In this document: positions 49,151 to 62,727 of the stretch, one piece after another
How the letters are laid out: every line of letters begins with the position of its first letter
Position numbering within the stretch: position 1 is the stretch's first letter
Assembly: GCA_013265495.1 (NCBI GenBank)
Contig: MU058337.1
Span: 2,138,686 to 2,202,685, forward strand
Source: Vicugna vicugna
Lineage: Eukaryota
Reading direction: 5' to 3'
Length of the DNA: 64,000 nucleotides
The notes under the pieces: model-generated
The model's input: the letters and a program-made list of their open reading frames with translations, nothing else
Databases searched by the model: none
Told to the model about the DNA's origin: nothing
Translations under genes and position numbers: made by a program

Positions 49151-50338
49151 TATTGCTATTACATATTTCCAAGCTGGATTCTATCTCCTGCTATACTAAG
49201 TAAATGTATTACTTCCAGATTTGATGTACACCTGTTACGATGTGTTCTGATTCCAATAAAAATTCATTAAACAATATGAGGCTTAGACATAGCACAAGAA
49301 GGCCAGAGGTAGAGGAGTTGCAGCCATTTAGCCCCTGAATCAGAGTAGATGGGGTCACAAATGACAGTCCATTACTCGGTCAGTCGCCAGCTGTGTGAGT
49401 ACAGCTCTGTATTTACCCAGTACTGTATCGTTTAAACTCAGTCTTAACAAGAACATGGGGATGATGATACCACCTTTAACACAGAGGTTCTTTGAGAATT
49501 GGTACTGGTCAAGCACTTCAGTATTGCCTGTTATTCTGATCTCCATTAATATCTTGGATGTTATTCAGTTGGGCCTAGAGTATTAACCATTTAAAAGACA
49601 TCACTGGCTTTTACTGTTACTTTACTTACCTCATCATTTAGGACTAGGTTCACCTTCTGGGAACAGAAACTATGACTATGATGTGTCTTGTGCTGCAGGA
49701 AGTCCTGGGATAGGCAGTTAGAGTGAACGACAGCAGGAAACCAGACCCTTGTAACTTCCTGAGATGCTCTAGTCCTCTGGGCGGGAGGACCAAGACAGAG
49801 AGGAAGCAGCCTTGGTGGACTTGGACCGACACAAGAGGAAGAAGCAAGTTTTTATCTTTCACAGCCGCTGCAGTAGAGTCGGACGAGGCAGCATGGAAGC
49901 AAAGAGAAGCTGGGCCGTCAGATCAGAGTGCCTGCCGCACAGTCCTGGTGCAGGAATTGGCTTTTCCCTGGAGGTGATGGTCATTCCACGGAGTGTGTCA
50001 CCAGCACCTCATTTCTGAGCTGTGTGGGAAGTTAACTTTGCCTCGTTCGTGATCAATACACCAGTGCAGATCACCGTCTTGAAGATCTTGTGCAATGACC
50101 ATCATTTCTCTGAATCCAGGTTCAGACCTTTAGGGTGACTGAGGCACACACTTGGGTACAAAGAAATACCAATTCAGAGCAAATGGGGAGTAAACATTTT
50201 CAAGAGAAAGAAATATTTCTCATTTCTCAGCTGCTTAGGCGACTCTTCATTTATTTTCTGAATTCTGAAACAGCAATTTGAAAAGAGAAAAAAACATCAG
50301 TTTTCCAGAGGCTGCCAAGAATAAAAGCTATTCTCATT

Positions 50339-50531
50339 TGTTAAAGTAAGGAGAGGTAATAAGTTAGAATCAGAGCCTTGAGAATGGGCTCTCCTGTATC
50401 TTTCAGGCTCTGGGCAGCATTCTTCTACAAAAGGTGCAGAGCCAGCAGGACGCAGCGCGGGAAACAGAGCACAGGGTTAGAGCCAAAGGAACAGATCCAA
50501 TATGGAGTCGGATTTGTTCTCTTCTGTTACA
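50339..50531 (-). mobile_element. Short or deleted artiodactyl ERV LTR
   Basis: TG...CA ends; gagccttgagaatgggctctcctgtatctttcaggct...aacagatccaatatggagtcggatttgttct. Confidence 0.65.
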
Positions 50532-50654
50532 GAGCTGACCACACCTAAATTCAGTTATACCAGAAGCTCTGTTCATCAGGATGAGAGAATAAGGCGTGAT
50601 TTAACCTAGTCGACAGACTGTTTCCTTGTTTTTTTAATACTGTATCTTTTGAGT

Positions 50655-51232
50655 GATAAAATATAAATGTATATAAAATATACATAAAATTAACACTTTC
50701 ATCATTTTTAAGCATACTATTAAATAGCATTAGGTACTTTCACAACCACCACTATTTCCAGAACTTTTTCATCTTCCAAAGAAAAATTCTTACCCCATTG
50801 AGCACAAACTCCCTGCTCTCTCCTGCCCCCAGTCCCTGGTAAACTCTATTTTTTGTGCCCCTAGGAATTTTCCTATCCTGTCACAGAAGCGTAATCATGT
50901 AATGTTTTTCCCTTCGGGTCTGGCTTCTTTCACTTGTCCCAGGTTCATCCATGCTGTCACGTGTATGAGAACCTTGTTCCTTTTTTGGCTGAATAATGTC
51001 CCCACTGTATGGAGTTACCATATTGTGTTATCCATTCATCGTTGTTGGAGACTTGGGTTATTTCTCTTTTTTGGCTACTGTGAACAATGCTGCTGTAAAA
51101 CACTGCTGTATGAGCATCTGTTTGAGTCTTTGTTTTTCATTCTTTGGGGTACATACTTAGGAGTGGAATTGCTGGATCATATGGAGATTGTATGTTGAAC
51201 ATTTTGAGGAACTGCCAAACTTGTTTCCAGGG
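50655..51232 (-). mobile_element. L1MB 3' UTR fragment
   Basis: ccagaactttttcatcttcc...aggttcatccatgctg...aggagtggaattgctggatcatatgg...tttgaggaactgccaaac. Confidence 0.85.
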
Positions 51233-54200
51233 TGTTATACTGTGTGCACATTTGGTATGTGGACCTGCATGGTAGGTAGCCTGTGGGCCTGCAGATATTA
51301 GGGGTAGGGCCTTCTGGATCTAAAGATACAGCCTGTCCATCCTTATAAATGTCGATCTCTTACTTTTGTCTCCAATGCCTCCTGAGTCACATAAACGAGA
51401 AATCTGGGTTTCCATCAGTGTTCAAGCTTGGAAGCTTTTATGTCATATAAAAAAAAATTCCAAGTCAAGCCTTCGTGTGGTAGTTTAGATCTGGCTTAAA
51501 CTGAGAAGTAATAGGAATATAAAAAGAAAACTTGATCTTCTGAGGTTTTCTGCACTAAACTACCTTGGATAAAAATTAAGCCTTTAAAAAATTTGAGGCT
51601 CATCTATCAGTGCCACTGAGTTTTTGAGAAAGTAAAGAACTCAGTTCCCCTCCAAGGCTCTGGAGAAATTCTTTGTCTTAAATAATATAGCTTAAAAAAG
51701 GTGTCTTTTAAAACTGTGAAGGATGTCAGAAAGAAATGTGAAGAACGAAGAAAAGCAGAAATTAAAGGAAAACTGAGCGCTACGCTCGCAGGGAGACCCA
51801 GCTCGCACCGTTTGGGTCCAGCCAGAGCTTTTCAAATCTTCTGAAGCACATACAGTATTCTGATCCCTAACAACCCATATTCTTGGAAAATTAACCAGGA
51901 AACTAGCATGAGCGAAATGTCTTTCTGTTTGACTTAAAGAACAGAGACAGGGCTTGCTGCCCTAGGGGAAGGCTTTTAATCAGCATGCCTCTTCATCCTG
52001 CCTTGTGACCTTTCCCAACATTCAGTTGTTTTTTCACACTGGTCTTGAAAGAGCCAGTGGCTCTAAGGAAAGAAGGAGGGTATCTTCATCTTGCTTAGCA
52101 TGGTTTATGTCAAGATTTTGCCCTTGTAAAAACCACCTCCCTGTGCTGGTGACAGACAGAGCAACGGTTATTTGAAAGTAGTCTCTGCTTTTGCTAAACT
52201 TTTATTTCAAAACAACTGGAGACACTTCCTATCACAGCCATGAAAATGTCTACCTTTAAATCCACGAGTAATTCTTTGGAAATTATATTTCTGATAAGAA
52301 TCCTTTATCATTTCTAGTAATGCCACTGGCATTTTGCACCCCCACCTAACCTTTCTGCCCTCCTCACATGTCTGAGAATATCAGGTGGTATTTTCCAAAG
52401 ACTACACCGACTTAGCAACAAATTGGCCTGTTTTTTCACATAGTGCAAACCATAGTGATGAGGTTTAAAAACTGCGTAGCTGCCTCGGGTGAGCACTGGC
52501 ACGCGGAAGCCCTCTGCCTCTCTGACTCCTGTGAGCCTCACCTTGGTCTCTCCTGTTACCGTGTAGCAGCTCTGATTCACTAGTGTGGCCCATCCTTTAG
52601 TAAATCTTTCATTCTCACCAGACTTTAAAGATCTTGAGGGTAGGACAATAATCAGTTTAAACATTTTAAGCTATTTCACTTCTGATATTATTCCACCCCT
52701 TGGCATTCAGTGTGTTTTGTTGATGGAGAGAAGGTGGGGCCAGTGGAAGGGAGGGACACAGGTTCGAATTACTCCCAGTCATGGATTCGGAGAGCTAGGT
52801 CCGTCATGTATTAGGTCTGTCACATCCTAAATCTTTCCAGTGGATCTATTAGAAATAATCATTGAAAGGGAAACAAATATCAGTAATTGTTCTAAGATAC
52901 AGAATCTAAGACGTGATGTTTAAGAAATCGACAGAACTGAGAAATGCAGAAATTTCAGACACATTTGCGTGAAAGCAGAAATTGTACTTTACAGAGCAGA
53001 CATGCACGTCCATTAGGCTGAAAATCCCTGCAACCGAAGGCAACAAAGGGAGCACTGATTATTTTCTAATAAAGCACACATCGTGGGAAATTGTTCTGTT
53101 CTCAAACTCAAACCTTAAATTCCCCATATGTTTTTATGTATCAGTTTTATCAATTCAGTGGTATTCAAATAAACTTTTATTGTTTCTTACTGTATGCCAT
53201 GAACTTATTATTTATGTAACTTATCTATGTATATAAAATAAGTTAACAAGTTCCTGGCACACAGAAGGAGACATCACACACACACACACACTCCTTTGTT
53301 ACTCATTGTATTGAACTAAGTGGAATCTCGAAGTCTGATATGGCCAACAAATAATCTAAATTTCTAACGTGAAACTACCTTTAGGAGAAAGCATCACTGA
53401 GATTTAGAATAATTTAAGGATCATTTGGGGGCGTTCTAAAAATTGTGACTTTCTGTGAATGGAGGAAGCCGTTGGCCTTGGATCATTTGCAAACAGGATG
53501 TCTCCTTTTGCCTGTTCTGAGCTCCATGTTTTATGCAACTAATGCACGACAAACTGCAGCCCTGCTCCTCACAGAAAAGTGAATTTATAAAAAGCATACG
53601 TTAACATCCTGTTCGCCGTCCTCGCCCAGATCATGCCCCTGCCCCTTTCTCTCGCCTTTTCTGGACCACACTTGCTCTCCCACCAGTTCTTTCCACGTTT
53701 CCCAGAGCTTCCCACCTCCTAACCTGCCACTGAAGCTTCTGGTCTGGCTTTGCACCTGAATGACCATTTCTTCCTATCCTGAACACATTGCTTAACACAT
53801 TTTGAAAGTCAGCTCTCTTTTTGCCACACTGTTTTTCTTCAACCTCCTTTTTAAAAATAATCTTTATTTAAAATAGCTATCATCAACATTGTGAGGATTC
53901 ATTATATTCATCTTTTTTCGTATATAGTCCTTGAACTAAATCATTGGTGGTTAGCTTTGAAAATAAAGTATAATACGATATTTTCAACAGTATTCCTGGT
54001 ACCATGCCAGATATTATACTTAATACTTAATACTTGCACGAGCAGAGTGTAAGTTCAAGATCGGAAGATTTTCAGAACGTGAATGTTACCACGGTGTTTA
54101 TACCTAATGAGTGTTATCTTTGACATCCCTTTCTCCAGTGCATATGTGTACACACGTGCGCACACACACACACACATTCTATATGTGGCAGCGTAGGTAG

Positions 54201-55529
54201 GATAAAGCAAGTAGAGAAGTTTCAGGTATTTCAGTGACTAAATATGCAAAACATATTGACCTGATTTGTTAATCAACTCGTGGTTAATAAGTTGGGTGAA
54301 AGGAGCAATTATGAGGGCCGAGGCCAGTTCAGCAGAAGCGTGTGTTTGTCCTCGGGTCCTTACCGGGGAAAACGCAGAGCTGGGAACTGCAGATGCCTTA
54401 TGACCTGAGCCTGTTCGGTTCTTAAGTCACGGAGGCAAAGCACATGCGGAGTCTGAGGTGTTGGTAGTCACACTCTCCTTCCCTTGCGAGGGTTCACTTG
54501 GCCCCATGGTGGGGGGAGTCAGGTGGGTTTTCTGAGATTAACTTTTAGACAAGATGGAGTTTTCTAGGAAGATGCATATTAGTCCTTAGAATCTGAGTTA
54601 AATAAATTTCAAAGTGCTTATGTATACTTTTATTTTACCACTTTGCCATCATGGGGTGCGTGCCTTGGGATGTTGTAAACAGTCCTAAAAATCATGTCTT
54701 GGTGGGCAGTGTCCAGAGCAGCTGCGTGCACACTGAATCAAGCTCACATGGTAGCTTTGCTGTCTATAAACGTGGACGTAAAAATGGCTTTATGTCTATG
54801 TTTATGTCTATGTCTTTAGCCAAAAGAGAAGAGTCACACATTGGTAAAGAGATATTAAAGCACTGATGCTGGGTGTTTTCTATTATGATCTGTGAGATAA
54901 ACAAAATCTATGCAAAACAAAAGCTTTTTGTTAAGGTGCTAAGCATGCGTAAGGGGAACATGTTGGTTCATATTCAGGTAGAGCTCATTGCCATTGTTTT
55001 ATTTAATATTATTCAGTGAATGGTACACGCTAACTGTGCAGGCAATTAAAATTCATAATCATAATATGAGATACTCTTGCTTCTCTTAAATTTGGATTGT
55101 AAGTGTGGTTAGCACTGGATATAGTTCACGTAATTTGCAGGCTCAGGGAACATCTGTTATAAAAGTTTCTCCTGTGGAAGGCATTTATCACTGTCCCACC
55201 TCATCTCTAGTTATCCTAGGTTATTAAATGTGCTAGTAATCATAAAATTTAAACCATCGTAATTTATGTTTATGCTGTTCTAAGTTTTGAGGAAATTATA
55301 TTTTAGAATGTTTATAATTATTTCATTATGTACTGTCCAGGAATAGCGTATAGCATCATGTGTGATTTCAGAATGAGACACTAGAATTTCTTCAATAACT
55401 GGAAGGCACTAGGCTCTGCTACTTTGGGTTTACTGTTCCAGATGTGGGTTAAGTAACAAGTGGCATTAACATGTTTATCATTTGATAGCCCAGCTATCAC
55501 ATGCCACGTGCCTCCTTGATGCCGCTGTC

Positions 55530-55902
55530 TTTACTAATCAGAATGTGCTGGCATACTGTAGTCATGTGACCTCAAATCTTAATAACTTGTGATACAGGTT
55601 TATTTTTCACATACGTTATGTCTTCACTACCAGTTGGCTTAAGCTCTGCCCCACGTCACCTTCACTCCAGGACTCAAGCCCACTGAACATCATCCCTTTA
55701 GAAAACTGCTGATAATGGAAGAGAGAAAGAGTGTTGTGAATACATTTGTGTTATCTCTCAGATGTTCTTCTTGGAGGGGACACATTCCTTCTGCTCACAC
55801 TTAATTGGCAAAACAAGTGACAGTGGTGTGCTAAGCCTGATGTTACTGGTGTCAGAGCAGGGAGAGCAGTAACTGTTTGTGAACAGTCCTGCAATCTGCC
55901 AG
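55530..55902 (-). mobile_element. Old MLT1 (J/K/L-like) LTR
   Basis: aggtttatttttcac...cttcactccaggactcaag...cttctgctcacacttaattggcaaaacaagtgaca. Confidence 0.7.
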
Positions 55903-57729
55903 CGTATCACAGGATGATATTAGAGTCGCATGTATTTCAGTGATCAATTCTCACTGTTCCTTATACTTGTTTTGTTTACATATTTTTCAGAATCTAATAT
56001 AAACTAAAAAACAGAAAACAAGCAACAAACATTCCAGATTGTTTTCTCATCCAAAATCAATGTCCTAAATTCCATTTACCTTAATCAGAGTATTAAAAAC
56101 ATCAATAGCTCAGATTTTAATGGACTAGTAATTTTTGCCTGATTATTTGCTATAATTGTTTTATATTGATCACATTATCTAGAAGGAAGAGGCCTCCTCA
56201 GATCGTTCAGAACACGCACACTCAGGCAACATCAGAGAAGTTGCTGTGACTTAGAGGTTTTTCTTAGCAAGTTATGTTTCGATATGTGGGTAGGGGAAAA
56301 ATCACTGAACTGCCCCAATAATGCTGGTGGGTTCTTCAACAATTTCTTACTGGTTTTATGGCCACAGCCTTTTCAGAGTAATTAGCTCATCAAATATCTG
56401 TGTAGTAGTGCCTCCCCTAGGAGAAAAAATAATGAATCTATCCTACAAAAATGTCCTTAAAAATGAGTGATTCTGGACTTTTTGGGAGAAAGATTTTGTT
56501 GGGAATGTTCGACCTCTCTGCTACTCTTTAATTGGGGTGTCAGGAAACAGTTTTTATTTACCAATGTATCAGGATTTAGCTGAAAGTCACCCTGTTATTG
56601 AAAATTCAAGGTATTTTTGTGCTATAGTTATGAATATAGGAATTATTTATTTTGAAAGTAATTTTAGTTCAAGTATTTTTCCTCTAGCAGTCTTATTTTA
56701 GTATGCCTAACATTTTTTCCCATTTTTTGTGGAATCATATATAAAAATACAGTTGAAATTAAAAGATTATTTAACCTGATACATATTTAATGGTTCTGGT
56801 TTTACAACTATAAGAGGTTTATTCCATCATTTCCAGAGTCACCAATTTCTGTGTCAGGCATTGAGAATTTATTTTTCCTTTTTATAGACTTTCTAAAATA
56901 TCTCATAACCAAAACACAGGGTTATCATTATACGTGTGATTTGGTTTTCTCTATGCAATGTACCACATACAGCATCTTCTTCCAGCTGAAGATAATTATT
57001 TTTTAAAGCAACTAAGGAACAAGAAATAGGGAAGCATTGACACAAATAGACAGTAGTGAATTCAGAATGCATAGTAGATGTTCAAATTAGAGACAGTGTT
57101 TCCATGCCCAATTACCTAATTTGTAATTGCAACTATTCAGTGCACTTGATTCTTCTCTTCAACTTCTTCCTTTCCCTCCCCCTAACTTTCCCTCCCAGTT
57201 TTTGTATGACAGCTTGGTAGTAAACCCAGAATGCTTAGCTATTTCCTCCCCAAACCATCCCACCTTCCAAAGCCCAGTTTCAAGGATATATGCTATAAAG
57301 ATACTTTCCATATGATACCAAAATCTTTAGAACCTCATTTTCTTCTTAAAGGTTTTAGATGTGAATAACTGTCAACCAAAGCAGAAAATGATTTCTGTGC
57401 TCAGAGACAGCTGAAAGACAAATGGTATGTGTGTGTGTTTGTGAGACAGAGATGCAGAGCACGCTAGTGCTAGCATTTATAAGATGCTATAGAGAGAGAG
57501 GGCATAAAGAATAAGGAAAAGTGTAGGAGAGTGGTCTTAGAGAAATAAATCCTTGCTTAGAAATGATTATTTAAAGCTAATACCATGTTAGTGCCTAAAA
57601 TCTGGATGATCACATTAAAGACATATTCAAACTTTTTTTTTAGGTGTACGTGACTGTTATGGAGTGTGGGAGTGTTAAACATTAATACTGTTTTCAGTAT
57701 TCAAACCAGTAAATACTGAAGCATGTGTT

Positions 57730-59390
57730 GGTCCGCTCAGTCGTGTCCTACCGGTCCCTTAGGCTCTGTTAACTCTTGGTCAGTCTTTTTGTTTCTGTTT
57801 CTCAGACTCAGTTGGTAGTTTCCATTGTCCCATCCTCAAGCTCATCAGTTCTTTCTTCTGCCTGCTCGCATCTCCCTTTGAGTCCCTCTAGCGACTGTTT
57901 CACTTGCTACTGCACTTTTCAGCCCCAGAACTTATTTTGGTTTCTTTTTAGATTTTCTTCATATTGATATTTCCATCTTGTTCATTAATCATTTCCTTGA
58001 CTCCCTCCACATCTTCTTTTAGTTTGTAAAGCATCTTCAAGACATTTTTTTTTTAATTTGTCCACTAGATCCACCATCAGATCTTTTTCAGGGACAGTTT
58101 GTCTTGGTTTATTCTTACCTTTGAATTGGCCGTACTGTCCTGTTTCTTCGTATGGCTTGTGATTTTTTTTGTTGTTGAAACATTTGAATGTACTAATGTG
58201 ATAACTCTGGAAATCATGTTCTCCCCCTCCCCTAGGGTTTGCTATTTTTACTTTTTGCTGTTATTTTTGTTTTTGTTTTCTGCTTGTTGTAGGCTGTCTC
58301 TGTGCTGAGTATCAGCCTGAAGTGTAAACTGGGTTCTTCTGACTTCTTTCTTCTGCCTCCTTTCCCTGGACGTGCAAAGTGATGTTCTAATTTTCCTATT
58401 CAGATCTCCCTCACCGTACAATGGGGTTACATCCTGATAAACCCACTGTAAGTTGAAAAGACATTCAATACACCTAACTTACTGAACATCATAGCTTAGC
58501 TCGCCTGCTTTACGTGACTCAGAGCACTTTCATTAGCCTACAGGTGGGCAAAATCATCTTAACACTTTTATAATAAGATGATGAGTATCTCACATAATTT
58601 ATTGAATAGTTTGCTTAAAGTGAAAGGTGGAATGTTTGGGTACAGAATGGTTGTAAGTGTATCAGTTGTTTGCCCTCATGGTCACGTGGCTGCCTGGAAA
58701 CTGGCTCACTGCCTCTGTCGAGCATCACAAGAAAGATGGGACCGCATATCCTTAGCTTGGGAAATATCAGAATTCAGAATTTGAAGTACAGTTTTGAATG
58801 TGTATTGCTTTCTCACCATCGCAAAGTTGAAAAATTATAAGTTGTACCACCATAGGTCGGGTTCCTGCTGTATATACAGTTACTTTTGAATGCCCTGGTC
58901 TTCAATGATTTGTCCCCAAAAGGGAAAAAGGGGAAAAATGAAGCTAGGTGAAGGGGGAAGTATGTTGGCTCTTTGAATCCCCTAGAAATGACTCCAGCCA
59001 GAGGGGGTGGGCTGACCACAATGGGGGAGGTGGAACAGCAGTGGCTTCTGCCTCTCCGAGTACCCAGAGCACAGGTCCTCAGGGTTGGTGGGCAGGGTCC
59101 TTCATGCCCACCCTGGCTTTTGTAAGCTGTGTGCAGGCTGCTCTAGGGAGATTTGCACAGCTGTGTGCCGTGGAGCTGAGGGCTGGAGGATAGGCTGTTT
59201 CTACTGTGCTAAGAACTGACAGTGACTCTAATTAACCACAGTTTACCGTCCAAGCCTTCCCCTGGTTGCAAGTCTTCCGTAGATTCCCGAGTTCCAGTTA
59301 CATCAGGCAGATTCCGCCCGTGCAGTCGTGGTCTGTGCAGGATGACAGGCTTCTAGTACGTCCCACTCCATACTGTCCCCAACTCCCGTC
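57730..59390 (-). mobile_element. Old L1 ORF1/5' region, interrupted by MER47
   Basis: cttaggctctgttaact, tcaagctcatcagttctttcttctgcctgctc, ttcagccccagaa antisense ORF1 text, then 5' UTR-like sequence. Confidence 0.7.
58401..58870. mobile_element. MER47/Tigger5 element
   Basis: cagatctccctcaccgtacaatggggttacatcctgataaaccca...caccatcgcaaagttgaaaaatt...ctg|ta. Confidence 0.85.
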
Positions 59391-60309
59391 TCTGCAGATG
59401 TGCAGATTATATCACAATATCTAAGACTATTGCCCAGTAATCTATATTTAAACAATTTCTGTAGGTGATTCTTTGCCTACTTTAAGTTTGCAAGTCAGAG
59501 ATCATATTTAAACACTCTCTATCCTCAGTGTAAAGTGAAGGCCCCGTGCAAACATTTTGTTCTGAGTGTAGTTACTCCATAATTTATTTTCTGAACCAGA
59601 AGAAAATTGAGACTAAAAGGAGACGCTGTAAATACTACCTCTGTAATAAAAGATGTGCAGTGGAACTAAGTCATTTGAGGAGCACTTAAATAAAAGGATA
59701 CTCTGGGACATTTCTTTAAGGGATGTCCCAAATATGCTTTGCCCAATTTCTGCATCAAAATCTTGACTTTCATAGTGAGGTGATATCCACAAAGTCCAGC
59801 TGTTCATATGTAACAATTGGAAGGCATTTCTTTGCTGAGGATTGTATGTGTAGATCACAGAAGAATAACTTCAGACATGCTGAATCCATATTATGTTGTA
59901 CGAGTTACAAATCGTTTGCTATTTTGTTTGTACATATTCAGCGTGTGTAATATGGAATGGGTTTCTGATACTAACTTCTGGTTTCTCATCCTCACTGGAT
60001 GTGGAACCTCTTATCTGGGGAACAGTGTCTCCTTCCGCCACCCAAGTCCTGTCAGCTCTCCTCCGTGACTCACTCACTGCCCTTGTTCCATAGGACCGTG
60101 CAGGGGACTTGTCTCTTCCTTGTGTTGAAATCAATGTTGTTATTTTCAGAAAATCTTGGTTCCTCCATTGGCAAATGCTGAAATAAAACTTTATGTCTTT
60201 ATAATTCTGTTGCCCACTTTGCTTCCTCTAACAAGATACAGTAAACACAGGGCAGTCATGCAGTGGGATGGGTGTGTGTGCATGTGTGAAAAATGTCATT
60301 TTAAGTGGT

Positions 60310-61220
60310 TTTTGGAGAAGAGCGACCAGTCTGGACTGAATTGAAAGCCAAAGCGGTTTTCCACTTGGAAAATATTTAGACGTTATTGCAATTCTTGTAG
60401 AAGAGCGTTAAACATCTTAGCCTAAGTGAAGCACCTCAGGGGATGTCATGATAGCTGTAACGTTTATGGAGGAAACAGTCACTCTTGGAAGACTTGGGTA
60501 CTGCAAGAACTTGGAAAAGGAGTGACAACGCATACCCGACTGGGCCTCGGCGGGGGATGTATGGTTGTGTTCCTGGATGCCTGGATGCTTGTTCTGGATT
60601 TCATTATCCAGACAGTTTAAACAGTCATAAATAAGCATAATCAGAGCTTTGTGAAATATGCCCATTCCGTCTGAATTCAGCCTGTAAATAGTGCACCCAA
60701 ATAGGTTTGCTATCAGTTCAGCGCTGGGACTGAGAATCACCTCAGCTTTGGTGTCCTATTTTTCCCTCAGTTAGCAGAAACTAGGCATTCTTGCCCCAGA
60801 TCTGTTTCCACATGCTGTGTCTGCCATAGCCTTCCTTCTTTTTAGGCTCTGCCCGGTGCATCTTCTCTACCTCAGTTTAGCGGAAGCGCTGAGAACACCC
60901 TTGTGGTCCTAGAGCTTCATCAGGCTGGCTGCTGTCCACTACCACACACAGGCGCTCGGCGACGCGGGGGGGCTTCTGCCGAGCGAAGGTGGAAATGCGT
61001 TGCCTTTCCCTTTCCAAGTTCTTGCCGTGCCCGAGATTGCCGAGAGTGAGTGTTTCCTCCACACACGTTACAGCTAGCGTGGCGGCCCCTGCAGCGCTTC
61101 ATTCAGGGTAAGGGGCTTCATGCTCTTAACACAAGAATTGCAGTGATAGCTAAATATTTTCCAAATCGGAAAGCCACTTTAGCTTTCCATTCAATCCAGA
61201 CTGATTGCTCTTCTTCAAAA
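60310..61220. repeat. Long imperfect inverted repeat: arms 60310-60533 and 60995-61220
   Basis: Hand alignment gives ~44 substitutions and 2-3 small indels over ~225 bp (~80% identity); 461-bp spacer. Confidence 0.95.
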
Positions 61221-62549
61221 TGCAAGGTCCTGAGTAAGTGTCATCAGTCACTTCGCCCAAATTTGGTGAACCCGTGTTTTCTGCAGAGGAGGAGGTGAAT
61301 TCCAGGACTGCAGCTCCCCTCCCTGTCATATGCCTTGGACGGGAGTTCTTCATTACTGCGCACTGTGACATTTGAAGATCGCCTTTCTTGCTTTCTCAAC
61401 ATTTATTAATAGATGTGAAGCTTTTGTATTTTGGCTAATTAAATGCCAGAACTTCATTTGCTTGCTTCTCCTTTGATGAACTACTTGTGTTGTGTTTGAC
61501 AGATAGTAGAAAAGAGATTGCATTGGACAAATAGAAGAAGGCATACTTGCACTAACATGAAAGGCAAAGAAAAATATGTGTCTGACAGCCGAGAGCACCT
61601 GCATGAAGGTTGCAAAATCCTGGCCGCCGTCCAGAGCACGTGCTTTATCAGTGCGATGTCAGTGATGCGGGAACTCTACCTGCTTTCCATTTTGTTATGT
61701 TGGTTTTGTTTAGGTTGACTACTTCTACATAATGTTAGCAAAACAAATTTAACTGCAAAAAAAAATCCTGAAATTAGTTTGCCTTGATGCATTTTATAGC
61801 ACGTTATCTCTGATGACAGCCTGTTTTTATAGTTATATTTTGAGAGAGACAGGAAGGAGTGCTGGGTCTGCTGCAGAGTTCTTTACTGTCTGTGTGCTCT
61901 TGGGCTGGTCGTCTACCCTGAGTTCTGATTGCCTGCATAGCTCTCACCCTGCTGCTGTTTCCCAGCGCTGTCACCCAGCAGAACGTGAAGGCTGGCCTCT
62001 TCTGTTCTGATAGAAGGGGATTATTTCCATGCAGTCTTGGCTGTGAAAAGGAATGAGCACCGCTTCAAACATTTCTTTTACAGAAACTCAGCCTTTGTGT
62101 TTAGGGCTGTGTATAATGAAATGGAATTTGGGTAATGAATAGGAACTTAGACGTCTACAAAATATCCTCAAGTAATTCAGAGGTATCAAAAGTTCAAGTA
62201 TGTAAAATGTCTCTTTAATCCTTGTGATAAGGAAGAGCAAAAAGGCCCTGGTGAAGGGCTGAGTGGTGACAGGAGATCTGAGGCTAGATTTCCATGAAGC
62301 TAAACATTGAGGTGAAAACTCCGAAAGGCATCCAGGTGTATTTCTTGAACATCTTTCTCCTGTATTTTATACATAATTAAAATTTTCTGTTTTCTTCCAA
62401 TGATTATCCATGTAAAACTAACTTTCGAAAGACTCGATTTTTTTTTTTTTTGCTTTTTTTCTCAGTTGAATCACTTTTCTTTGGTGGAAATAGAGATTTT
62501 GTTTGTTTATTTAGTTAGTTGTATGTGTTGCATTTTCTTATGGTTCAGT

Positions 62550-62727
62550 ATTTATTTTTTATTGAAGTATAGTTGGTTTACAGTGTTGTGCTAGTTTCTG
62601 GTATATAGCATAGTGATGTAGTTATATATATGTATGTATGTGTGTGTGTGTGTATAAATATATATTTCTTTTCATGTTCCTTTTCATTGTAGGCTATTAC
62701 AAGGTATTGAATATAGTTCCCTGTGCT
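62550..62727 (-). mobile_element. Artiodactyl-type L1 3' terminal fragment with TA/TG microsatellite
   Basis: ttattgaagtatagttggtttacagtgttgtg...gtattgaatatagttccctgtgct; homologous to 2740-3040. Confidence 0.85.

Noticed and set aside
52162..52170. Strong MYB-type site CAACGGTTA
   Set aside because: Isolated short motif, expected by chance in 64 kb.
60426..61102. Similar peptides from the two arms (MKHLRGCHDSCNVYGGNSHS… / MKRCRGRHASCNVCGGNTHS…)
   Set aside because: Similarity follows from the DNA duplication; substitutions are not synonymous-biased, one start is GTG, and stops and indels lie just upstream, so not called as CDS.
2587..62655. Scattered (TG)n/(CA)n microsatellites and poly-A/T runs (e.g. 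~2587, 11621, 40534, 53275, 54160, 62630)
   Set aside because: Ordinary short tandem repeats.
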